From the NCBI RefSeq assembly GCF_044704955.1, contig NC_091981.1, positions 24,738,001 through 24,802,000 of the forward strand: a stretch of 64,000 nt of DNA, in the 5' to 3' direction. Each line of letters opens with the position of its first letter. Position 1 is the stretch's first letter. Position numbers and translations under genes: made by a program. The stretch comes from Pristiophorus japonicus (taxonomy: Eukaryota). This document shows positions 36,827-49,141 of this stretch, in pieces. The notes under the pieces are model-generated. The model was not told where the DNA came from. It ran no database searches and saw nothing but the letters and a program-made list of their open reading frames with translations.

Positions 36827-38760
36827 GGGCTAGACTTTCCGTTATTTTTGCATGCATACCACCCACTTAACGTCCATTTTAATGCTGAAATGAGGTATAA
36901 TGCCCACAATATCGGCGAGCGTGACTTTCAGCACCTTGCACACATATTGGCCAAAATCTCGCTCGCTGAAAAAATTGCTGTGAAAAAATTGAACTGACAT
37001 GAAGTAATCACAGCGGTAAGGACCCCATTTTGTAAATCACAGGTCGCTCCATTTAAAAGGCTGCTTCAACTTCTGGGGAGTTTGGATGTACTCTGGAGTT
37101 CTTTTAATTTATATGAACATCTAAACAAACATCTTATCATACTGTGGATGATTGGAATCTACTTTAGGTGTCTTATTGCTTGTGAACAATCGGTATTATA
37201 CTGATAGTTACTGGAATGGGGTCAGCCATTTCTCAGCTTGTCTTGATGACACCGCAGATGCTGCAGGCTAGAAATGGCAGAAGGTATATTCGATAGCATT
37301 ATATGCCCAATGTAAGACGTGCCAGACTGATGAGGAAGACAAGATCATACACTCACCACACTTACAGGGAGAAGAGGTCTTACCTCAACTTATCCGAGAA
37401 CACCTGCCTTCGGAGACTGCGCTTCCACAAAGAGGTTATCAGTGAAATATGTCTGCTCATCAGGGGAGATCTGCAGCCTTCCAGCACCATCAGGACCGCA
37501 CTGTCCTTCAAGGTCAAGGTGACCGTGGTACTGTCGTTCTACGCGTCGGGTTCCTTTCAGGCCTCCGCTGTCGACATTTGCGCTGTATCTTAGCAAGCCA
37601 CACATTGCTGCATTAGACAGGTCACTGAAATGCTGTAGGCATGCAGGATGGACATTATCAGCTTCCCTATGACCACGGAGGCTCAGACTGAGAGGGCTCT
37701 AGGATTCTACCGAATTACTAAATTCCCCAAGGTGTAGGGAGCAATAGACTGTACACACATCGCCATGCGGGCACCTTTTCAGGATATAGAGGTTTTTCAG
37801 AACAAAAAAGGATTTCACTCCCTGAAGGCGCAATTCGTTGTCGACCACAACCAGATAATTATGGCAGTGAATGCCAAATTTCCAGGCAGCATCCATGATG
37901 CTCACATCCTGAATGAGAGCGCTGTATCTGACATGTTTACCAGTCAGCCACAAGGTCAATGCTGCATGCTTGGTGACAAAGGATATGGCCTCGCCACCTG
38001 GCTGTTGATCCCCCTGCATGACACCCACACAGAAGCCGAGAAGCGGTACAATTAGAGCCACAGAGCCACATGCAATATTGTCGAGAAAACCATTGGTGTG
38101 CTCAAGCAGCGCTTTAGATGCCTGGACCACTCAGGAGGTGAGCTACAATACCACCCTGAGCAGGCAGCTCAATTCATGATCGTGTGCTCCATGCTGCACA
38201 ACTTGGCTATCAGGAGGGGACAAGAATTGCCAAAAGGGACTGACGGTCCACCTCAGGAGAGGAGGTGGACGCTGACCTCGGGCCAGACAATCAGGCTGAC
38301 GATGCAACTGTGCTCACGCCCCCCTCCAGAGCGCAGGAAAGGGCCTATGGTGGCTAAAATAGCTGCAAGATTCTTACGTCAGCAGCTTATAAATGAGTGC
38401 TTTGCCTGACAGAATGTTGCAATTATTTACAAAGCTGACACACTACTGTGTGTGCAGCTCAGACATCAATGGTGGACATCACCTAGGTGCCAGTTAAAGT
38501 TTAAGTTGATTCAAGTTAAATTTAATTATACCCTTTCATGTTAAGGAATCACCAGTGTGTAACAGTGCAGCTATCTGAGACAATGCGCAACAAGGTTATG
38601 TTGAATAAAAAACATTTAATCTGACCATTTGTGTGAAATCATAAGTATAACTGTCAAAACTACACTCCACCCCCACCTCATCCCACAACACATTTATAAC
38701 ATTGACATCAATAAAATGGTCAACATTTCCAGCAACACAGAACACAAATGCATGCCCTTG
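36827..38760 (+). mobile_element. Harbinger transposon with full-length but disrupted transposase; right end lost
   Basis: Terminus GGGCTAGACTTTCC. Transposase remnants at 37217-38409 include GAIDCTH, FPGSIHDAHIL, LGDKGY, LKQRFRCLD and CSMLHN, with several stops. Confidence 0.93.
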
Positions 38761-39185
38761 TTTTTAATTGGATACCATCCTTTATTTAATTAGTTAGTCA
38801 TGGATGGCTATCTTTTCTTTTACACCCTTTTCTCCTCACTGGAATATATTTTTCTTAATAGTTGTGAAATATCTCCTTAAATGTAATCCATTGTTGATCA
38901 ACCGTCCTACACTTTAATCTATTTTCCCAGTCCACTTTAGCCAACTCTGCCCTCATAACTTCATCGTCTCCTATATTTAAGCTTAGTACGCTGGTTTGAG
39001 ATCCAACTTTCTCACTCTCCATCAGAATTTGAAATTCAACCATGCTATGATCACTCATTCCAAGTGGTTCCTTTACTAGGAGATTGTTTATTAATCCTGT
39101 CTCATTACACAGGACCAGATCCAAGAGAGCCTGCCCATTGGCTGGTTCCATTACATACTGGTCAAGGAACCCTTATGCACTCTAT
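38761..39185 (-). mobile_element. CR1 endonuclease-region fragment
   Basis: ALLDLVLCNETGLINNLLVKEPLGMSDH. Confidence 0.85.
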
Positions 39186-39995
39186 GAAAGATGAGGTGCT
39201 GTTCCTCAAACTTGCATTGAGCTTCACTGGAACATTGTAGGAGACCGAGCACGGAGAGGTCAGAGTGGGAATGGAGTGGGGAATTAAAGTGACAGGCGCT
39301 TAGAAGCTCAGGGTCACCCTTGCGGACTGAACGGAGGTGTTCCGCAAAGTGTTCACCCAATCGACGCTTGGTCTCCCCAATGTAGAGCAGACCACATTGT
39401 GAGCAGCAAATACAGTATACTACATTGAAAGAAGTATAAGTAAATCGCTGTTTCATCTGGAAGGAGTATTTGGGACCCTGGATAGTGGGAAGGGAAGAGG
39501 TAAAAGGTCAGGCGTTGCATCTCCTCTGCTTGCACGGAAAGGTACCGTGGGAAGGGGAGGGGGTGCTGCGGTTGACTGCAGAATGGACCAGAGTGGCCGC
39601 GGGCGGAGCGGTCACTTCGGAATGCTGAGACGGGAGTGGAGGGGAAGATGTGATTGGTGGTGGGATCACGCTGGAGGTGGCAGAAATGCCAGAGGATGAT
39701 CTGTTGAACATGAAGGCTGGTGAGGTGAAAGATGAGGACAAGGGAACCCTGTCATGGTTCTGAGAGGGAGGGGAATGGGTGAGATCAGAGGTGTGCGAAA
39801 TGGAACAGACACGGTCGAGGGCCATGTTAACCACGGTGGGGGGGGAAATCCTCTGTTGAGGAAAAAGGAAGACATGTCAGAGGCACTAGTGTGAAAGGTG
39901 GCGTCGTCAGAGCAGATGCGATGGAGACGGAGAAACTGGGAGAATGAAATGGAGTCCTTACAGGATGCAGGGTGGGAGGAAGTGTGGTCCAGGTA
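39186..39995 (-). mobile_element. Penelope-like retroelement fragment (RT C-terminus + GIY-YIG endonuclease)
   Basis: SHPASCKDSISFSQFLRLHRICSD and NVVYCICCSQCGLLYIGETKRRLGEHFAEH. Confidence 0.92.
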
Positions 39996-40016
39996 GTTTA
40001 ACATTAGTATAGGCAA

Positions 40017-41260
40017 GATGCGTGAAAGAATCATAAGTGATGCAATATATCAATACTTGGATAGAGAGGGACATATTAGGAACACCCAACATGGCTTCAT
40101 AAAAAAGAGGTCATGTCTCACAAATCTAATTGTAATTTTTGAAAAAGTTACGAAGTTGGTGGAGGAGGGAAGCCCAGTAGACATTGTCTACTTAGATTTC
40201 CAAAAAGCTTTTGACAAGGTACCGCATAAGAGGCTTCTCTATAAGTTCGGAGCCTCTGGTATTAGTGGAAATATATTGAGTTGAATTCAGAACTGACTGG
40301 CAGGACGCAGGCAAATAATAGTTATAGATGGATTTGGATTTGTTTGGAGGCCGGTCACCAATGGTGTCCCGCAAGGATCGGTGTTGGGACCGTTGCTTTT
40401 TACAATTTTTATGAATGATCTGGATTCAGCGGTTGGCGACACAATTTACATACTTGCAGATGATACCAAGATCTGTGTGACTGCTAGAACTGTAGAAGAG
40501 GCTCGTCTGATTCAGGCAGATCTTAATGTGTTGGAAGATTGGGCTCAAGACTGGAAAATGTTGCCTTAGATAAGTGCAGTGTTATGCATGTGGGCAGGGC
40601 AAATGCTCAACATTCATACACTCTCCAGGGAAAGATATTAAAGATGGTGGAGATAGAAAGAGATTTGGGCATTCTCGTGCATACATCCTTAAAGGTACAC
40701 GAGCAATGCCGTGCAGTGATAACTGGAGCAAATAGGATGTTGGGGTGTATCCATATGACGATTGAGTGTAAGACGAGACGTACTGTTTTGTCCTTGTACA
40801 AGACCTTCATCAGGTTGCGCTTGGAATACTGTGTCCAGTTTTGGTCCTCAGTTGGTGGGTGATATTGATAAGGCACTGGAAAGGTGCAGAAGAGGGCCAT
40901 TGGACTAATTCCAAGTCTAATGCATCTTAGTTATTAAGATAGGCTAAAAGAGTTGGGACTCTATATCTTGGAGCAGCATAGATTTAGAGGGGGTATGATT
41001 GAGGTTAATAAGATAATGAAGGGAATAGAGAGCGTTCCAGTGGACAGTTTATTTCCATTAAATAGGTTAGGCAGGACCAGGGGGCACAAATTTAAGTTGT
41101 ATAAGGCTAGATCTAGGTTAGATGTCAGGAGATGGTTCTTTTCCCAGAGAATAGTAGATCTCTGGAACAAGCTGCCGTTTCACGTGATGCATGCAGACTC
41201 ACTGAATTCCTTCAAGTGAAAGCTGGATTTGTTTCTGGCTGAGGCGGAGTTGAACTCTTA
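40017..41260 (+). mobile_element. CR1 LINE of a different family, decayed
   Basis: QHGFIKKRSCLTNL, LDFQKAFDKVPH, ADDTK and RTRGHKFKL. Confidence 0.92.
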
Positions 41261-42389
41261 CAGAAGATAGATACTGCAGGGAATTTAATGGCCAGAGTGA
41301 TCTCCTGGACTAGTTTTGATTGCCTAGATGAGTCAGAGAGGAAATTCCCAGATTTTGTTTCCCAAATTGACCTGGGTTTTTAATGTTTTTTTGCCTCTCC
41401 CAGGAGATCACATGGTTTTGGGTGAGGTGGAATGTATATGTTGGCTTGATGGACCAGTCCGTCATTGTTCGTATGTTCATATCTTCATATTCTAACCCTC
41501 CAGAATTGTCTTGGAGTCTCCATATATTGATGATTAATCTCCAACACACTCCTGTGAGCAACTGAGGAGAACATTCACGGGGACATGAAATAAATTGAGT
41601 GTTCTTAAAATTTTCTTTGAATCCTTTTGTTTATTAGTAATATAAGTATTGGAGGTGGGGAAAAAGGCTGTTTGACTAACAGTTAAGAATCATCCAATCA
41701 GGTACTGAAGAGTCTGTTTGCTTTCCAATTGGTGCGGGAAGGCGGGGCGACGCGATGATGTGCGTATCTGGTGATCAATTGCGGGAGCTCGGGGGTGGGG
41801 CTATTGGAGGTGAGAGTTCATGTGACAAAACCTCCAGGAATACGCCCAAACAGAGTTGGCAACACTACTTCAACCATCCCAGCAGTTTTTTTCATAATAT
41901 CTTTGTTGTATCATTATGTCTTCCTGAGCTGGGTTTTCCTCCAGGAAGGGTTCATGTCAGAGGTGGGTCAAGCGGGACTTCTACTGAACACTCTGACCCA
42001 CGTGAACGGACCCATTTTCCCAGGTTAGAGCTCATTAGACCTGCAGGGCAGGCTCCCAGCAGGATCTCCGTTACACTTCAAGGAGCCACCGCTGATAGCC
42101 AGGGAATGGTGGCATCGCACAGCAACACCAGAAAGAGGAAGATCCGCCATTAACTGGGACAGAAACACTCCAAAGATTAGCAGCACAATTTTACTTACCG
42201 CTTGTGAATCAGCTGGCGTTTGTATAAACTTAGTGACTGTGGACAGAAGAGAGGGAGAGGTGCCCATTGTTGGGCACTGTTGCCCACTGTCCATAAGGGC
42301 GTTCTGCTACTTCCCTTGTTGACCACGGTTGAGCCACCTTCCCCATTTTATTTTTACGCCAAACAGGGATGTACAATTGTTGAAGTTCT

Positions 42390-43800
42390 TGCATATCGTG
42401 GCTGTCGGCCAGTTGTTGTATCTCTTATGTTTTCTCCATCCACCACCTGTTCTTTAGCTCTGGGGTTTTTTGTTGGACCTCTGCCTTGAGCCCTCTATAA
42501 CGCTGCTTTGCTGCCCCCGAGTTGGGTTGTTGCTTGAGGCTCAGAAATGCTCTGCGCTTGCGATCTATTAGTCCTTGGATCTCCTGATCATTTTCATCAA
42601 ACCAGTTCTGGTGTTCTCTGGTTAAGTGACCAATTATCTCTTCAGAGGCACTGGTTATAGAGGCCTGGAGGGTACACCAAGCGCTGTGGGCATTCAGCAT
42701 CTCAGGGTCTTCAAGGCACGCCAGATTACTTGTGAGGCGCTGGCTGTATAGGGCACTTTTAGCTGGGTCTTTAAGTGCCCCGGCATTAACATTTTTGCGG
42801 CACTGCTTCTGCTGCCCTTCTGCTTTGGGGCTATGTTAATGTCGATGATGGATTGGATCAGACGGTGGTCCGTCCAGCAGTCGTCAGCTGCTGTCATGGT
42901 GATCCCTGGCTCAGACGATGACATAGTCGAGCAGGTGCCCGGGTTTGGAGCAAGGGTGTTGCCACGATGCCTTGTATTTATCCCTCTAGCAGAACAGGCT
43001 GTTGGTGATGAGGAGTTCATGTTGCAGACATTTTTTCAGGAGTAGGGTACCGCTGGAGTTGGCTTTCCCTAACCCCTCTCTGCCAATCGCACCTCCCCAG
43101 AAGGCTGCGTCTGCTGACTCTGGCATTAAAGTCACCTAGGAGAATCAATTTGTCGCCCATGGGGACGCGGGACATGGATGTCTTGAGCTTGGAATAAAAA
43201 CCCTCTTTAACCTCATCCGTGTTTGGGCGTATGCACTGTGGCACATTGGTTCCGGGATAGGGTAAGACTAAGAGTCATGAGGTGTTCGTTAACCTCGCAG
43301 GGGGAGTCTTTGAGGCGGTCAACCAGCTCATTTTTGATGGCGAAGCTGACTCCATGAAGGCGGCGTTCTTCCTCTGGTTTTCCTTTCCAGAAAAATGTGT
43401 AACCTCCACCATGTTCCTTGAGCTGGCCTTCCCCTGCCCGCGGGTCTCGCTTAGGGCGGCGATGTCGAAGTTAAAACTTCTAAGTTCCCGGGCAACTAAT
43501 GGCGGTGCGGCATTCCAGCCTGTTGCTGTTGGAGTTGTCCATGAGGATCCTGACATTCCAGGTCCCGAACTTCATATTAACGAAGTGGAAGATGCCTGTG
43601 CGTGAGTTGTTTTAATGTGGTGTGGCAGCTGCACACCGGCAACCATACAGGCTTAGCTGAGCAAGGTCTTGGTCCAGTGGCAAGGGGGTCCAAGACAACT
43701 GGAGACCAGGAACTGCTGTATGAGCCTAATTGCCTACGGTGAGGTGTTGGCCGCAAGCTTGGCGCTGAGTAGCGTCATTGATGGTAGGTGACCCGAGGCT
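42390..43800 (-). mobile_element. RTE-clade LINE 5' part (endonuclease)
   Basis: LVARELRSFNFDIAALSETR, DKLILLGDFNARV, CWTDHRLI and HQNWFDENDQEI. Confidence 0.9.
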
Positions 43801-43854
43801 TGTTTGGGGGGGCAGGCCTTAGGAAGGTCAGCTGTCCGCTGGGGTTCCGAGGGA

Positions 43855-44140
43855 TGTTTTAAAAAGTTTCTTCCAAGTTTTCCAAAGTTATTTAAAAGTT
43901 TCTCCAAAGGTTTCCAAGTTGATTAAAAGTTGAAAAGTTTTAAAGTATTTCCAAATTGTTTAAAAAGTTACTCCGGTTGATTAAAAGTTTAAAAAATAGA
44001 TTAAGAGTTGATTAAAAGTTGATTAAAAAGTCTAAAATGTAACTCAGTAGTAGATTATAAAAGTTTTCCCAAATTGTTTATAAGTTTAAAAGTTGATTAA
44101 AAGTTAAAAAATTGATTAAAAGTTGATTAAAAATTTAAGA
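43855..44140. repeat. Degenerate AT-rich short tandem repeat (AAAAGTTGATT-like)
   Basis: Many visible aaaagtt(gatt) units. Confidence 0.8.
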
Positions 44141-44329
44141 TGTCAGTCAGTAGTAGGAATTCTGGCCCCTCGAAGAAATTACGACAGCTTGGTCACTTCG
44201 GCCGGTTCAACGCAGGTACCGGACTCTCTTCGATCGGTTCGACGCCGACTCCAGAGTCCCTTCGGCAGGTTTTAAAAAGTCTTGGATGATGTCCCGTGAA
44301 GGCTGCAAGCCCCGAGCAGGAGCCACAGG

Positions 44330-44465
44330 CCGGTGCAGGGGTCCCTCCGGCCTGGGATAGAAGCGGACCGGTGCAGGGGTCCCTCCGGCCTGGGATAGAA
44401 GCGGACCGGTGCAGGGGTCCTTTCGGCACAGGATAGAAACAGGCCGGTGCGGGGTCCCTTCGGCG
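44330..44465. repeat. 38-bp GC-rich tandem repeat, about 3.5 copies
   Basis: CCGGTGCAGGGGTCCCTCCGGCCTGGGATAGAAGCGGA units. Confidence 0.9.
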
Positions 44466-45250
44466 GGGTCCTAGGAGGTTATCCACATGTCTTGTTCAAC
44501 TGGCGGCAACACCGGAGTAGGCTGTACGTGCAGATCAAAGGCATGTAATGGAAAAAGCACCTCAGCTCACCTACATATCAAATGAAGGGATGGGGGGGGG
44601 AACTTTCTGGTGGCGCTCTGAGGAGTGAGGTTCTGAAGTTTGCCTTCCCTACCCGATTTTTCTCCCAACCCGATTTTGGATGGTATAGCAGAAGTAAATC
44701 CAGACCCTTGTTGCTCACTCAGTGGTGGATGTGTGAGTTGACTGCCATTTCATTGTTAATTCTATAGTCACCATTTCTAATTCTACCAATCGGGAGATCA
44801 CTGCGAGAAATGTTATTAATTTGCGGAAAAACAAAATATAAAGGTCTAGAAATTTGTTAGTCCCCGATAACAGGTACGGAAATCGCGATATGCGATCAAC
44901 CCACGCCAGTTGAGGGGAATGCAGGCAGAAAAGAACTTCATACTGCCTGCTCATTTCCATGATTATGGCATTCAGCCCAGTGCCGAATGAGCTGCTGAGT
45001 GGCTGAATGCTCAGCAGGGGTCTCAAGTTCGTGCGAAGCTAGTACCACATAAAGCTACTTAAAGGCAGTCTATATTTCTGAAAGGGGACGTGCATTCTGT
45101 CTGCAGCAGCTTACTGAACTGGCTGGGGATGACAAACCACATGGCTGATCACTACAGAATGGAGCAGGGGATGCAGGACAAAGTAGTTGGTAATCTTCGG
45201 CTGGGTAGCCAAGTACCAAAAAGGGGAACTGAAGTGGGGCTTTTGCGCTC

Positions 45251-45858
45251 TGTTATAATGAAAGGGTTAAGAATGGGTCTCGGGACTTAAATAAGCTAAT
45301 AGGCTTTTGCAATGGTCAACTTGTTAGGTAGCTTAATGGGCAGTTGAGATAACATTAGGAATAACATGTTGACTTTGCAATGACCAACGGATGTAAGCTG
45401 TGTGACTTGGAGACTGAACCACAGGGGCCGAGGAGGGCAAGACAACAGAACAATGGGGCAGAAGTAAAATGTTAACAGGATACTATCTGGCCTGAGCAAA
45501 GGTCATAGTAGCAGATTGTGGTCACATCAGTCTTATACTTCTTCGGTAATGGAGGTATACCTTATGTTACGCGAGCTAGGCATAAAACATAGGCGAGTGA
45601 TTATGTGACGTGGAAGGCAAGTAACCAATCAGGCACTGTGCACGCGGGCTTTAGGCTAATCAAACTGTGCCAAAGGATTGTGCACGAGGCTGAATATTTA
45701 TGATTAAGTGTATAAAAGGTTGTCTGAAACTACATATCGTTGGACGGTGACCTGGCTAGACCTATAGCAGGTCACCTCCCCACCGGTGCGAATAAAGACT
45801 GCTTGAATCTTCGATCCCACACCTGGAGTTGAGTGCTTATTTCAAATACTCCACTATA
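45251..45858 (+). mobile_element. Possible solo LTR
   Basis: Starts TGTTATA, with CCAAT at ~45625, TATAAAAGG at 45711 and AATAAA at 45791 in U3-R-U5 order. The 3' end and TSD are not clean. Confidence 0.5.
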
Positions 45859-47745
45859 GTCTCAACTCAGCTTTCTCCCTCACCCATGAGTTCACTGCCC
45901 TCCTATCCTCCCTTAATCTCTCCCTCCATATAAACTCCCCTACCCATATTCACAGCCCCTGTCCCAACCTTGCCAGCTCACTTGGCCTCGCTGCTCCCAC
46001 CATGTCAGTCGCAGATAAGGCCATCTCTGATCACTTCCATGTATTGCTCATCACACACTTCCACCTTTCCCCTCCCGACTCCACATACTTCTGTGTCCAC
46101 CCCTGGAAAAAAACTCTCCCCAAGTCACTTGCAATTTCAAATTCTCAGTTGTCTAGCCTTTGGTCCTCCATTCACCACGACAGGTGTGCAGCTACTGATC
46201 TGCTAAATCACACCCTTAGCTTTATATTTGATGCTCTTGTCCCCAATATAAACAATTCTCTATTTCTCCCTTGTTATTCTCCCTGATATAGCATTCATCG
46301 CTGGTCCTTTAAGTCCAAGGGACACAGACTTTTGACATTTTATGGCAGACAAATCGTTTCACTATTCATCGCCAGATCTGACTGGACCATATCAAGCATT
46401 ATCAGACACTCTCTCCTCGGTCAAAAAATGTTCAATTTTCCAAGATCATCCTGGAACCCAATGATAAACCCTGGCTTCTATTCTCCTTGACAATCTCCTT
46501 CAATCCCTCTCCCTGTCTCTTCCACCCTCATCTCCAATAACAACTGCGAGGAAGTCATGGACTACTTGGTCACGAACATTGAGACCATCTGTTCAGCTGC
46601 GTCTGCTACTTACGTCCTTTGATCTAGCCCACCAGGACAAACTTCACCTCTGGTTTCCTTTTGCCAAAGCCCTGAACTTGCAGCTTTCCCTAGTTTCTCT
46701 CCAATCACGCCTCATGCCTACTCCATGCTCACCTTGTTCAATGGATCCACCTCCTGCTCACTCGAACTCTATTTTCACCAAATTGATAACCACCCAACTT
46801 CCTTTCCTGGCCCCCATATTAGCTGATATTGTTAAATCTTCTCAGGTACTGTCCCCCTCCCTTTCACATCTGCTGTCATCACCTCTCTCCTCAAAACAAT
46901 CATCCCTTACACCTCTTTCCCTGAAAATCACAGACCAATCACCAAACTCCTTTTCACTCCAAAGTCCTTGAATGTGCCATTGCCTCCCACATCCATGCCG
47001 ATCTTTCCCGCAGTTCCATTTTTGAAACCCTGATATCAGTTTTCCTCCGCTGCTACAGTACTGAAACAGCCCTTATCAAAGTCACAAATGATATCCTGTG
47101 TGACTGTGACTGTGACAAACTATCCCTCTTCATAGTTCTCGACCTATCTGCAGCCTTTGACACAGTTGACCACAACACCACTTGCAACGCCTCTCCTCCC
47201 TCCTCCAGCTGGGAGGGACTGCACTCGCCTGGTTCCATTCTTATCTATCCAGTCATAGTCAGACAATCACCTGCAATGGATTCTTTTCCCGCAGCATTAC
47301 CTCTGGAGACCCCCATGGATCTATCCCTGGCCCCCTTCTTTTCTCTTCGTCATGCTGTCCCTCGGCGACATCATCCCACAACACATATTCAGGTTCCATA
47401 TCTATGCTGACAACAGCCAGCTCTACCTCACTACCACCTCCCTCAACCCCTTCACAGTTTCTAATTGTTCACATTGTCCACCTCGGTAACGTCACACAAC
47501 TGCACTCCTGCCTCAGCTCAGCTGCTGCTGAAACCCTCATCCATGCCTTTGTTAGCTCTGGCCTTGACTATTCCAGCGCTCTGCTGGCCGGCTGCCCATC
47601 TGCCACCCTCCATAAACTTGAATTCATCCAAAACTGCTGCCCGTATCCTAACTCACACCAAGTCACATTCACACATCACCCCTTTGCTCACTGACATACA
47701 TTGGCTCCCAGCCTGGCAACGCCTCAATTTTAAAATTCTCATATG
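45859..47745 (+). mobile_element. Decayed L2-type LINE
   Basis: STETALIKVTND, LDLSAAFDTVDH, AETLIHAFVSSGLDYSSALL and HITPLLTDIHWLP. Confidence 0.9.
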
Positions 47746-47792
47746 GTGAGAAGGCAGATTATAAAACAGTAACAGTTAATTTTGTTTACCAG

Positions 47793-47880
47793 GTTCAGTT
47801 TCTACTTTCACATTCAAGAAACCAATAATCAGGAAATGACAACACACCGCGTACTGTGCTCGGTCAACTCTCCACTGGAG
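47793..47880 (+). pseudogene. Probable serpinB exon 3 (CD-loop type) carrying a 4-nt frameshift
   Basis: Acceptor TTTTGTTTACCAG| and donor GAG|GTAAAG bound 88 nt of non-TE sequence. Removing 4 nt near the start gives a phase 0-0 exon V(L/F)YFHIQETNNQEMTTHRVLCSVNSPLE. Confidence 0.45.
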
Positions 47881-48475
47881 GTAAAGTTGATGAAGGAATT
47901 TGTCGATTTTTTTATACAAACACTATTATGAGATTTAGATCATTGTAATTCCTTCTGTATTTAAATTTGCATTTAGATTATTGAACATGGATTGCTTTTC
48001 CAGAAATAAAACAGCATTTGCAGCAATTCAGTTGCCAGCTCTGTTACCCCTTTGTAACTGACTTTGTGGTCCCGATTTTAACTCCCCATACTTGGCGGAA
48101 ACCAGCAGGCAGGCAGTTAAAATGGAGTGGGGTATTTGCTATGTAACCAGGCCTATGGTACTTGAGTTCCCCTGTGTCCATTCGCGTGAGCATTTTGTCT
48201 GCCGCTCCGGATCTGAACCCATCACATCTACTTGCCCTTTTTACTACCACAATTTTTTCTTTGCTATTTATACCTCCTATATTCAAAAGGGAATTAGATG
48301 TGGCCCTTACAGCTAATGAGATCAAGGAGTATGGAGAGAAAGCAGGAATGGGGTACTAAAGTTGCATGATCAGCCATGATCATATTGAATGGTGGTGCAG
48401 GCTCGAAGGGCCGAATGGCCAACTCCTGCACCTATTTTCTATGTTTCTAGACCCACCCCTTTCTTTTGTTATAAG

Positions 48476-49141
48476 AGCATAACATAAGAACTCAAGAAAT
48501 AGGAGCAGGAGTAGACAATTTGGCCTCTAGAGCCTGCTCTGCCATTCAATAAGATCATGGCTGATCTGATCTTGGCCTCAACTCCACTTCCCTGTCCGCT
48601 GCCCATAATCCTTGACTCCCTTATCATTCAAAAATCTGTCTCTCTCTATCTTAAATATATTCAGTGACCCAGCCTCCACAGCTCTCTGGGATACAAAATT
48701 CCACAGATTCACGACCCTCTGAGAAAAAATTCCTCCTCATCTCTGTTTTAAATGGCGAGCCCTTATTCTGAAACTTTGCCTCCTAGTTCTAGATTCCCCC
48801 ATGAGGGGAAACATCCTCTCTGCATCTACCCTATTAAGCCCCCTTATAATCTTACACATTTTAATATAATCACCTCCATTTTTATAAACACCAATGAGTA
48901 TGGACCCAACCTGCTCAACCTTTCTTTATAAGACAACCGCTTCATCTCAGGAATCAACCTAGTAAATCTTCTCTGAACTGCCTCCAATGCAAGTACATCC
49001 CTCTTTAAAACTGTATGCAGCACTCCAGGTGTGGTCCCACCAACGCCCTGTACAGTTGTAGCAAGATCTCCCTACTTTTATTCTCCATCCGCCTTGCAAT
49101 AAACGCCAACATTCCATTTGCCTTCCTAATTACTTGCTGTC
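48476..49141 (-). mobile_element. CR1 3' fragment with tail (complete version of 1-455)
   Basis: cataacataagaa tail followed by the CR1 3' UTR and RT end. It lies tail-to-tail with a short + strand CR1 end at ~48275-48450. Confidence 0.85.

Noticed and set aside
37217-38409. Domesticated HARBI1 host gene
   Set aside because: Multiple stops, a transposon terminus at 36827 and related decayed copies nearby indicate a dead transposon.
47797-47810. ISRE-like AGTTTCTACTTTCA
   Set aside because: The spacer is 3 nt rather than 2, there is no promoter context, and it lies in the putative exon.
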